A stretch of 64,000 nucleotides of DNA from Lama glama (lineage: Eukaryota), in assembly GCA_028534125.1 (NCBI GenBank), contig CM052817.1, forward strand, positions 22,570,001 to 22,634,000, in the 5' to 3' direction. A program made the position numbers and the translations under genes. Of this stretch, positions 42,032 to 52,400 are shown piece by piece. Below the pieces are notes generated by a model, which did no database searches, was not told the origin of the DNA, and saw only the letters and a list, made by a program, of their open reading frames with translations. How positions within the stretch are numbered: position 1 is the stretch's first letter; every line of letters begins with the position of its first letter.

Positions 42032-42649
42032 CTAGTTGGAGTAAGCATCATCACTTATCTGTTGCAGGGGCTCATAATTGGAGGCTAACATCTGAAGTTT
42101 TATAGCCTCTATCCGCTCACTGACAAAGCAGGTCAGGAAGTTTAGGACACAGGGCCCAAATAGCAGAACTGCAAAAATCAGGAGCAAGGGACCTATGAAC
42201 GGTGCCAGCCAGGAGATCCAGCCCTAGGGGGCTGTCCATGGGCTCTTATCTAAAATATGTTTTCTCTTTTTCACTTGGTCTTCTAACTCTTGAACCATCC
42301 CTCTAATAATTCCTGATTGATTGGCATAAAAACAGCACTCTTCATTTAGGAAGAGGCATAGTCCCCCCTCTTTGGCTGTGAGTAGGTCCAGACCCCTCCT
42401 GTTTTGTAAGACCATCTCGGCAAGAGAGTCAATCTGATTTTGCAGAATTCCCAGGGTTTCTGCTATTCGTTGGAGATCGTGGCTGAATTCACCTGTAAGC
42501 TGATAATAGTAATAAGCGGAAGAGGCTATGCCATCGATTCCTGTGCCTATGTTCCAGTCAGGTGGGGCGGCGCTAGCTAGCCCCACTGCTAATACGCAGA
42601 CTAGTATAGCAAACAAGGAAAGAGGCAAGGGAGCACAAAGGAAATACAT
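42032..42649 (-). pseudogene. env: env remnant: signal peptide fused to TM, SU deleted; open 141-aa frame 42649-42224, then the membrane anchor and tail after a stop
   Basis: ISD LQNRRGLDLLTAKEGGL at 42359-42409; CX6CC CLFLNEECC; after the TAG at 42224 the frame continues GWISWLAPFIGPLLLIFAVLLFGPCVLN. Confidence 0.93.
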
Positions 42650-42672
42650 TTAACAGCTTCATTGAGCTTTTC

Positions 42673-43776
42673 TCAAGCTTCGGCCATGCGTTGACTAGCC
42701 AGCTTCTGGGTGTGGCTAGAGCAAGGCTTGTCGATCCTTTTCTGGTCCCTCTTGATCTTGATCTTGAGCGGGTCTCCCAGGACACACTCAATTTTCCAGG
42801 GACCCTCTGTCTGAGGTGAAGTCACTCTCTTAACCCTGGATTGGTGGATCCAAGGGATGATTCCTGCAACTTTAACAGCTGTAGGGGTAGTTAATACCAC
42901 TAAATATGGTCCCTTCCATGTTGGTTTGAGAGGTTTCTTTATCCAATCCTTCACCCATACTTGGTCACCTGGTTTATGGGGATGCACTTGGACCCCTAAC
43001 AAAATGGGGGTTCTCTCTACTACCCAATCCCAAACTTCTCATAGTACTTGTCCTAGTCCCAACAGTTGTTGGTGGAGCCCTAAATTTCCTATTTCTGGGG
43101 TGGGATTTCCCATCCTGACTAAAGGTGGTGGTCGCCCATAGAGGATTTCAAAGGGAGAGTACCCAATATTAAATCTTGGGGTGCATCTAATTCACAACAG
43201 AGCCAGGGGTAAAATGCCCACCCAGGGGAGCTGGGTTTCTTGGCTGATTTTAGCTATCATTTGTTTTACAGTTCTGTTCATTCATTTTACCTTCCCTGAG
43301 CTTTGAGGCCAGTATGGTGTGGGCAGGTTCCAGCGGATGCTCAGTGCCTTTACCACTTGCTGTACAATTTCTGCCACGAACATGGGTCCATGGTCACACC
43401 TGATGGAAGTAGGCATTCCAAATCGAGGAATAACATCCCTGAGGAGAGCCTTTGCCACTTCCCTTGCTTTCTCTGTCCTGGTCGGGTAGGCTTCTAACCA
43501 CCCTGTGAAGGTGCAGACAAAAACCAGCAGGTACTTATATCCCTTACTGGGCCCAAGTTCAGTAAAGTCCACTTCTAAATCTTCGAAGGGAGCCAATCTG
43601 CATTGTTGTATTCCCATTGGCCCAGTGAACCCTAGTTTTGGATTGTTTTGTGCACAGAGCAAGCAGCGTTGGGGAACTGATACGCACAGAGTAGGGAGAC
43701 CAGAAATTAGGAAATACCGCTTTAAGAGGGCCTCCAAAGCCGTTTTTCCCATATGTGTGGCTTTGTGTTGTTGTTG
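42673..43776 (-). pseudogene. pol: Retroviral integrase, decayed
   Basis: HHCC (HKATH..CLLC), core DFTE..YKYLLVFVCTFTGWLEAYP..CDHGP..PQSSGKVK* (catalytic E replaced by K, then a stop), C-terminal WKGPYLVVLTTPTAVKV..WIH. Confidence 0.95.
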
Positions 43777-43853
43777 AAAAGTCATTGGTTGGCCCCCTAT
43801 AAATATCTGGACCTTGGGCTCCCAAGGGCCCAGGGGCAGGGAGCCGGTCTCTC
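43777..43853 (-). pseudogene. pro: N-terminal stub of retroviral protease, ending before the DTG active site
   Basis: EPKVQIFIGGQPMTF directly after the gag amber codon, as in gamma-type read-through pro. Confidence 0.8.
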
Positions 43854-45832
43854 CTATTCTGAGTCGACCCCAGCCAGTCCAATGTGATTACTGGCTGGTG
43901 GCTCCAGCTGATAAGTAGGCCTTTTGGGGGGTGCTCTGTTTCCATCCTTTCTGTTTGGGCACTTGTTCTTCCAGTGTCCTGTCTCCTGGCAGTATGCGCA
44001 CTGGTCTCGGCCCAGGGGCACCCATGGTTGGGGGCCCCTCTTCCGGGGTGGTGCAGGATTCTGGCTGAAGCTTGTTTTCCCCAGGGCTGCTGCAAGGAGT
44101 GCGGCTTTTTGCTTCATTCGCTGGTCTGCCTCTCGTTGGGCTTCCTGTTCTCGGTTTACAAAAACTTTGCTACTTCCAGCAGCTGTGTAGCGTTCATCCC
44201 TGCGAATCCATCCAGTTTTTGGAGTTTCCGGCATATATCTGGGTATGTTTGGGCTACGAAGGCAGTGTTGACCATCCGCTGGTTTTCTTGGGCCTCAGGA
44301 TCAAAAGGAGTGTAGACTCGGAATGCTTCACATAGTCTCTAGTAGAAGTCAGTGGGGGTCTCGTCTGGCCTCTGGGTCACTGTGGTCGTTTTAGACATGT
44401 TAATTGGCTTCTTGGCTCCCGCTCTTAGCCCTTGTAGGATGGCCTCCCGGTACTCACGTAGTGCTTCTCTTCCTTCTTGGGTGTTAAAGTCCCAATCTGG
44501 TCTGGTGTCAGGGGCATGTGTCATGGCCCACCCCTCAACATCCATTGCATCCCCAGGGGCTTGGCCCTGCAGCCATTTCGTGCTTCAGTGAGAATGCGTT
44601 TCCTCTTCTCCGTATTGAAAAGAGTCAGAAGCAGCTGGCGGACATCTTCCCAGGTCGGCAGGTGAGAATGGAAGATAGACTCTACGAGGTCACTCATAGC
44701 CTGCAGCTTGACAGCCTGATTACAGTCGTCACTTACCACCAAGTAGAAATCATTGTGGGCTGGACAGAGACCAAATATTCTCATGTCTTTGCGACAGAGC
44801 CCTATTACTATCCCAGCATCGCTTCGGGACTGGGCAGGGGCCGGCGCTCCCCAACAGTTGCTATGGAGGCAGCGGTGGCCCAGGTGGAGGCGGTGCCAGG
44901 GCTGCGGGGGCTTCCGCTGCTGCTGTTGCCGGGCGGCTGTGGTCGCAGCTCCATCTGCTGCCGCTTGGCCTGGCTCCCCTTGACTTCCTCTGCAGCCCGT
45001 TCCGACACTTTTCACTCCTTTTCTTTGGAGGGCAGGCCAAAAATCCTGACCGGTTTACCAGTGGCCCTTTATCTGCTATTATTGTGGAAGCTCTTCTTCT
45101 TAATTTTGTTTAGACCATAATGTGATTGAAATGCCTGCAGTTTTTCACAGCAGGAAGGAGTATGATGGTGCCAATTGAGAAGGGTTGTAGTGCTAAAGGG
45201 TTGGTAGCAGAGCACGGGGTGCCCAGGTTGAACAGTCCTGTTTTCCCCAACTTGTTGTGGCCCTTGTGTCTCCCGCAGCAGCACTTAGAGGGCCGGTGGT
45301 GCTGGCTTCCCGGTTTATGCTGACCGGAGTCTCCTTCCTACTGGCTCAGGCTGGGAGCTGGGCTCTGCCTCTGGGTCCTCAGGTTGGGGAGGTGTTGGTG
45401 TCCCAGGGGCATACGGAGGGGGCAGGCACATTTTGTTCTGTGTCTCCCTGGAAAATAGGCTTTTTTTTTTTTTAATCTGTCCTTTTTGGCCTGGACCGGC
45501 TGAGCTGCTAATATCTTGCATTGTCCAGGTCCATTTGAGCAGAACTGAATCCATGGGGGTAGATTTTGGGCAATATTTAGTCAGGAGTCAGTGTAAGGGA
45601 ATTGATCTGGGTGGCCTGGGGTTCCAGTGATTATTTGCTAGACTGCTCGCACTGTTGCTAGGTCCAGAGTTCCTCCTGAGGGCCACCCGACTCCAAAGGC
45701 CGGCCGTTCAAGCTCACACAAAGTGCGGAGCCTGCCAGGGGTCATTTGAATTCCACAGTTTCCTGAGAACCCCTTTTTGAAATTCTTAATCATGCAGTCC
45801 AGAGTGGTAGGTTTCGACTTAGAGCCTCCCAT
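43854..45832 (-). pseudogene. gag: Retroviral gag (MA, late-domain region, CA, NC) with stops and frameshifts, interrupted by the ATXN7 insert
   Basis: MGGSKSKP myristoylation start and HERV-E-like MA (KNFKKGF, GWPSGGTLD); PPPY late domain at 45411-45422; CA YQPFSTT..LLNW and PTWEDVRQLLLTLF; MHR-like QRPDETPTDFY; CCHC knuckle [14 protein letters not shown] at 43959-44000; amber stop at 43854-43856. Confidence 0.95.
44699..45143 (-). pseudogene. ATXN7: Captured, intronless, circularly permuted ataxin-7 cDNA fragment (putative circRNA-derived retrocopy)
   Basis: Translations (V)SERAAEEV, AARQQQQ, ATVGERRPLPSPEAMLG, GLCRKDMRIFGLCPAHNDFYLVVSDDCNQAVKLQA and FQSHY match recalled ATXN7 MSERAADDV...ATVGERRPLPSPEVMLG...[40 protein letters not shown]; the FQSHY piece lies upstream of the start-codon region. 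Confidence 0.93.
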
Positions 45833-46655
45833 TCTTTTTAGATATTTAAGGATAATAGATCTGTTGCTTTAGATGTTTGGGAAGGTAGCCTTTATATCTT
45901 TTCCTTCTTCACTCTTCAAAACACCGGAGTTCCCAGAGAGACTGCTCTCTTGCTGGGTCTACGAGTTGTTTGAAGGCTAATTCGGTCAAGGAGTCTGGGT
46001 TCCAGTCACAGCTGATGTCTCTGGAGCTCAAGGCCTCAAGCAGTTCCAGGGACTTTCTTCATTAAATCCTCTCTATATCCTGAACTAACATATCAGGGAC
46101 ATGGCACTGACAGCGGATGGTAAAACAAATGGACTAGAAAAGGGACCTCCAAGGCCGGGTGAGCCTGGTCCTGAAGGAATTCGTCTTCTAAACTTAAGTC
46201 CTGGGTGTCTGGGGCTAGGCAAAAGGGGCACTACTTGGGTCAGTTCGGTAGGGGAACAATAAGTCTCGGGTGTTCTGTGACAGAATCAGGTAGGAGACTT
46301 TCTCAAAGAAATAGCATCCTAGCCTCTGAGGGCACAGGGGCGTTGACTCACTGGCTGTCTATGTCCTTTTCCCTCCCAGTGTAGCCACCCTGTGCCGGTG
46401 TCGCAGACAAGACAAGGGAGGGTTTTCGTTGTGTCCGCCTGGCCGCTCCCCTCGCAGGGACGAAGGTGCCTCTTAGCTTTGGCGGGTCAGTGTAAGCCGC
46501 TGACTCCGATCGGGACCCTGAGGGACCGATACCGCCCTGAGCTATATGAGGTCACCATGGAACCGCAGGTTGGGACTCACTCGAACTCCGTAGCAGAAAG
46601 CTGTGGAGCTACAAACTTGAGCCTGATCGCATGCTTCACAGGCCGCTCATTCACT

Positions 46656-46658
<3 letters not shown>

Positions 46659-46693
<35 letters not shown>
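46659..46693. repeat. (CA)n microsatellite inside the ERV leader
   Basis: About 17 perfect CA units. Confidence 0.95.
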
Positions 46694-46699
<6 letters not shown>

Positions 46700-47011
46700 A
46701 ACAACAGTCCTCCCACCAATACCAATATCCTATTTCCTGTAGGAGGGGATCCGCCTCCTCTTCTGTCCGATGGGACAGGACCTGATACCTCCCAGGGGTT
46801 CCTACCTTGTCCGGACGGCCGCCTGGTGAGTCTGTCCATCCCTCCATGGAGTCTGGCTCTGGTTGTAGCCCAGCCACCCGGGGGCCGAGTTGCCATCACG
46901 AAGGAGAACCCAGAATACTGTCAGACGGCGCCACCTCGTTCGCTGCCGGAGGCCTGTCCCCCAGTCGGCCGGAGCCACCAGTCCAGCGGCTTAAGGGGCC
47001 GGCGTGGTTGT

Positions 47012-47029
47012 ATCTCACTGGGGCCTCCA
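47012..47029 (-). promoter_or_regulatory. Primer-binding site complementary to tRNA-Thr(UGU)
   Basis: Minus strand TGGAGGCCCCAGTGAGAT lies 4 nt after the LTR CA; 17/18 match to the recalled tRNA-Thr 3' end ATCTCGCTGGGGCCTCCA. Confidence 0.85.
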
Positions 47030-47033
47030 GAAA

Positions 47034-47494
47034 TGTTACGGAAATGACAGGCCAGCCAAGAAACAAGCACCACTCGGAGGGTTGGAGTACTCAGATGTAT
47101 TACGCCGGTGGGCTCAGAGGGGCTTCTGCTCTGAAGCTCTGAGCACCTCCAAGATGTGCGCATGAGGTTTTATAGGGTAAAGTACCAAGCTTGGGGTATT
47201 CGGCCAATAGGCATGGAACAGCTTTAGCAGCATCATTNNNNNNNNNNNNNNNNNNNNNNNNNNNNNNNNNNNNNNNNNNNNNNNNNNNNNNNNNNNNNNN
47301 NNNNNNNNNNNNNNNNNNNNNNNNNNNNNNNNNNNNNTATCTTTGAAAATCCAGCTGGCTAGCAAAAAAACATGAACAGCAAACCAACACTAATTAACTT
47401 AGATTCACAAGTTAGTCCAGCAGAACTCAGATCAGTATTCTGATACTTGGATTTGTGAGTTATCTTGTTAGACCAGCCCAGTCTCTCCTTCACA
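47034..47494 (-). repeat. 5' LTR of the provirus (about 415 bp once the 100-N gap is replaced by the 54 nt seen in the other LTR)
   Basis: Direct repeat of 41054-41953; minus-strand TATAAAA at 47168-47174; CCAAT near 47204; abuts the PBS. Confidence 0.95.
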
Positions 47495-48879
47495 AGGCTA
47501 CACAATTTATCTGTAAACCACTAGATGCAAACAAAAAATTTAGCAAAGTGAAGACCTGTGTTCTGCAGCATCCTTTAAGTGCATCCCAAATTTAAATTCA
47601 CTCACTCTAGCAGCGTCAGAAGCATCAATCAGTGTTAGTTTTCTATCCTAAAATTTTTCTTTTTCTGTTTTTCCAAGTTTATAAACCAATCTTTAAAAAC
47701 TGGGGATCTTTAAGTTGTACAGCTAATTAAGTTGATTGGAGATAGCCCTTTTCAAATATATGGCAAGTAGGTGAGGAAGGAAACACGCATTTTATGCAAG
47801 TAGATTCCTCCAAGGAGAAAGAGAGGCAAGGCATTTTCTGCACCCTTTTACATTGCCTCCCCCGGGGGAATGCCATGCTAAAGCATCTCGTTTTGAATGA
47901 AAGGAAGTATCTTCAATGAGAGAAGTTTTCCTTCCATTTTCAACCAAGAACCATGGTTGGCTTTTACTTCTGGGATGGGAATACGGAAAGCTCCATTTCA
48001 CTTCTAGTGAAACTAGTGTAATTGATGAAGAACATAAAGAAACATTTATGTAAAGTCTCCAGAAACCGTCTTAAGGGTAGAGAGCAAATAAAGAAATATT
48101 TATTCCAGAAAGTCTACGACAACTTGATAAGAAGCTAGTCTATGGGATCTAGCCATGACCTGCTCCCTGCCACTCCCCACACCACCCACAGTTTAGCAAA
48201 AAGAAAGGCTCACTCTGGGTGGGTGTGACCAAGAAGATAAGGCGCCCTCTCCATTCAGCTCTCCATCAGAGGGATACACTATCTCCTATAGAGGAGAAGA
48301 AGGACATGAGCATTTGTGGTTGTGTCCAGTTTAAAGTTGAAGAGGCTAAATTGCTGGTGAGTGTGAGGAAATGGTGGGTACTCTCTTCCTCCATCCAGTC
48401 TCACTCATTCACTATAAATAAACCCCACGTTTGACAGGCTAAAATTTTGAAAGCCCATTCTCCCTCACATCAGCTTGCTAATAAGGCAGAAGTTCTACAA
48501 AGAAAGAGGCAAGCTGAGAAGACCAGAGGCTATCATTCCACCCAATTACCTGTTTAGTAGCTTCGATATTCTTTTTCCTTGGCCCCAAAGCTCTCAAACT
48601 TCAAAGCCAGATTTTTTCATGGGAAAAAAAAAGAGAGTGTGGGGAAGTTCAAGCCTAAAGGTACTCTTTAACCAATTCCTTTTGTTTAAAAGCAACAAGC
48701 TAAAGCATAGTCTTTGTCACTCCACCAGAGAGAACTGGAGAAAGAAAGCTAAGAAGAGACTTCAGAGGTCAGAAAGAACCTCAAAGACCACCCACTCCCA
48801 AAAGCTATCCCTGTCCCAATTTAATTGGATTAGACTCTAGAGTGGTTTATGCCATAAGGCCTTGTTGAAAACAATACAG

Positions 48880-51290
48880 TTATCAGCATGCAATTAGTGG
48901 ATCCTAACAGCCTTTTGGAAAGCCACTTAGGCAGACAATTAACAGAGAGATCAGGGAAAGAGATAGCCAAGGAGAGCCCTTCCGAAACTGCTGGCATCCC
49001 AGGGTAACTCTGAGTGATAATACCTCAGGCTGTGCCCTCCAAGCAGCAGCATCTGAGGGTTCACAGTTCAGGGAAAGAGCTTCACTGCAATAGTCTAGCC
49101 GGATCACTAACAAACATCAACAACTAAAACAAGTTCTGCTGAGAAGCGAGATAAATCACTATCCAGATTTTTTAAACTCCATTATCTAAAATGTTCAGTT
49201 TCAACAACAACTATATATAAATGTATATACATATACATATACATGTCATATTTTTTTGTTCCTCAATTCCTCCAATAATCCCTTCTTCTGTGGTTTATTG
49301 CATTTTTTCTAGTGCGTTTTTCTGGGTTACCTCCAAATACGTGTGTATGTATGTGTATATGTAAAACATGCAAAGAAACAGAACTGTATGATTCACACAT
49401 GGGAAAAGATAGGAAGCAGAAACGCCTGTGAGAAGACCAAGATATTGGGGTTTCACAAAGGCATCAAAGCAGCCATCATAAGTATATTCCAAGACCAGGG
49501 AAACTATTAAAAAGTAAGGGAAGCTCTGATGCCAATGTCTCATCAAAAGTAAAGGCTGGACCAAAGCAGGACTAGTTTTGTATGCTACTGAAGCTGAGTT
49601 GGTATCAAATCAAGCTAGGTTGTTAGAAATTTAGGATATTAATTAGAATCCCCGGGATAATAATTCAGAAAATTTTAAAAAAATACATAGAAAAGAAAAA
49701 ATACATAGCAAATGAAAAGAAAAATACATAGAAAAGAAAAAAAAACAAAAAAATGCACTAGAAAAAAATACAATAAATCATAAAAGAAGGGATTATTGGA
49801 GGAATGGAGGAATAAAAAAATATATATGTAAATAGCAAAATGGTAGAAGTAAGTCCTTTCCTATGAGTAATCACTTTAATTATACATGAATTAAACTCAT
49901 CAATTAAAAGACAGAGGCTGGTAGAATGGATAAAATATATAATCTGTTTATAGTTTGTCTACAAGAGTTACCTTATACCCAGAGATACAAATAAGTTGAA
50001 AACAAAAGAAAGATATTTCACCCAAGTAGTAACCAAATAGAAACTGAAACGGCTATTCAAATATCAGGGGAAAAAAGCCCAAACAGACTTTATATAAAGA
50101 AGGTTAATTGATAAATTGATTAAAGGGTCAAATTATCAAGAATATATAAAATTATAAACACAGGCACACACAGATACTCATAGATTCCATGGCAAAGGCT
50201 CACATCATGCATGGGAAGCACCAGAGTTGGTCAGGAGGCAGAGGATGTTGGGGAAGTTGTGGTCAAGAGCCTTTACTGTGGTGGTTTCTGTGGGAAGCAA
50301 CAGGACGGGCAGTGACAGCAGGCTAGTCTGAATGATTTCCGTGGGCTCTGGGGCATAGTGGCTGTCCTTAGTTGTCTGGCGGTGAGTAGAGCAGGTGGAG
50401 GGGGCCTGGCATGCAAGAGTCCAGAAAAGGAGGTAGTTGGGGGTATGGCATCTGGACTGGCTGGTATGCATTTGCAGGCACACTTAGGAGTGAGCTTTTT
50501 ACTATACGCAGGAATTGGCTAACCCAGGGAGGGGCAGTCTCTCCAGGATCAGCAGGGCCCCAGATGTCAGAACATCAGAATATGTAAAATAAAAGACATG
50601 GTTAATAGAATGTTAGATTATTAGCAAAAGTATGAGACTATACTGATACAAGTGCTTGAATAAATAGAGGGAGCCCTCCCATGCAGAGAAATGCCAAATG
50701 ATTTTGGTAAATACTCTGCCTTTACGGAGGCAGAGCACAATTCCCCACTTCTTAAGTGTGGGCTGTGCACAGAGACCTTCTTCCAAAGAGGACAGTAGCT
50801 AAGGGAGAACAACATAGTAGCTTTACGGTGGAGAAACAACTCCCCACGCTGGGAGATGAAGCTTAGCACCAACAGTGACTGGTCATTGATATCACATGTC
50901 TTTGATGTGATGAGTTCAGAATTGCACTTCAGCTCTATATTTTTCCTTTCCAAAGTATATTATTCAAATTTAATCAAGAGAGAAAAATATCAGACAAATT
51001 CTAATTGAGGGACATTCTACAAAATGTTAAAACACCTAACCAGTAATCCTCAAAATTGGCAAAGGCATAAAAAAACAAGGAAAGTCTGAGAAATGGTCAC
51101 AGCCAACAGAGCCTTGGGAAACTTGACGACTAAATGTAATGTGGTCTCCTGGATGAGATCTTGGGAAAACTGAATAAAGAATTGCCTTTAATAATTATAT
51201 ATCCGTATCAGTTCATTTATTTTGACAAATACATCCTATTAATATAAAATGTTAATAATTGGGTAAATTGGATCTGGGGTTTATCTGAGT
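48880..51290 (+). mobile_element. Old L1 fragments with a nested LTR-like segment (about 50175-50605)
   Basis: Endonuclease-start-like GTAATCACTTTAA..ATTAAAAGACAGAG..GAATGGATAAAA; L1MC-like 3' end TTGAGGGACATTCTACAAAA; subfamilies not resolved. Confidence 0.55.
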
Positions 51291-52009
51291 GTTTCTGGCT
51301 CAGGATTTCTTACAAGGTTGTAGTTAAACTGCTGACCAGAGATGAAGTTATTTCCAGGGATTGACTGGAGATTCTCATTCCAAACTCAATCAGATAGTTG
51401 CTGGCAGCGGTCTCAACTTTTGGGAAATCCACCAATGATAATAAATATTCTAATAAAAATAACCATAGATAATACTGACTGAGCACAGTGTCAAGTGCTT
51501 GTATATTGTCTAATTTTATACTCACAGCGATCCTACTAAGTTAATATTATTGTTTGTGCATTGTGTGTTCATACAAGCAATGGTAAGAATTGAAAGTGGA
51601 AAGCAAATGGTTTTAATTTTGGGAAACTTAAAAATTATTTACATGACTTCTTCCAAATAGCTTAATGGTTCCCATTTTGATAGAGTAAGGGAAAAGACAA
51701 AAAGACGAAAGAAAAAGCAACCCTGCATAAATTAGGAATATATGCAATAAAATTACTGTATACCTAACATAATATTTTTGTTAGAAGAATGACAGATTAT
51801 TTTGAAGAAAAATACATACAATAGAAAAAACAGGGCTAATAAATTTTTATATAATCTATACATCTGGACAATATTTTATTGTTGTTTTCAATATATAGTA
51901 CTTGATGTTATTTTTTTTTCTGTGAATATGACTGTACCCATGTGTTTGTTCATTTTTATTAATGTGTACTCACAGAATCTATAACCACATGTGTGGTTCA
52001 TTAGGTACT

Positions 52010-52400
52010 ACATAACAACCATACTGAAGCATTTCACTCTTTGAACTTGGTCCAAAGAAGAGGCTGAGGCTGTGACTGTAAAATCCTCTGTAAAGATCTC
52101 TGAAAGGTGAAAGGTGTTGTTGCCTACACAGAGACCTATGTGGCAAGGAACTCAGGGAGGCTTGTGCTAACAGCCGCTCAGTTCAACAACCTTCCAGAAT
52201 CTGAGTTACGTCAATAAAGTGAATTTGCTTAGAGATGGATCCTCTTCCAGTTGAGCGTCCAGATGAAACTGCAGCCCCAGTCAACAGTTCTACTGCAACC
52301 TCAGAGGACACCCTGAGGTAGAACCACTCAACTAAGCCCCTTCTGTATTTTTTGGGTTTCGTTTGTTTGTTTGTTTGTTTTGTTTGTTTGTTATGCTACA
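52010..52400 (+). mobile_element. MaLR LTR fragment
   Basis: GTGGCAAGGAACTCAGGGAGGC..TCCAGTTGAGCGTCCAGATGA..ACTGCAACCTCAGAGGACACCCTGAG. Confidence 0.6.

Larger units (their letters stand above)
41054..47494 (-). mobile_element. Defective class I (gamma-like, HERV-E/ERV3-related) endogenous retrovirus provirus: LTR-PBS-leader-gag-(pro/IN fusion)-(SU-deleted env)-PPT-LTR
   Basis: TG...CA termini; AGGC duplicated at 41050-41053 and 47495-47498 (4-bp TSD); near-identical direct repeats at both ends; gag, IN and TM motifs in the correct order on the minus strand. Confidence 0.97.

Noticed and set aside
44518..45120. 200-aa plus-strand ORF antisense to gag and the insert
   Set aside because: A GC-rich antisense shadow with no recognisable protein features.
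44699..45143. Insert as a real ATXN7 gene or a conventional L1 processed pseudogene
   Set aside because: It has no introns and no poly-A tail, the exon order is scrambled, it carries frameshifts and a lost ATG, and it is embedded in gag at a shared motif.
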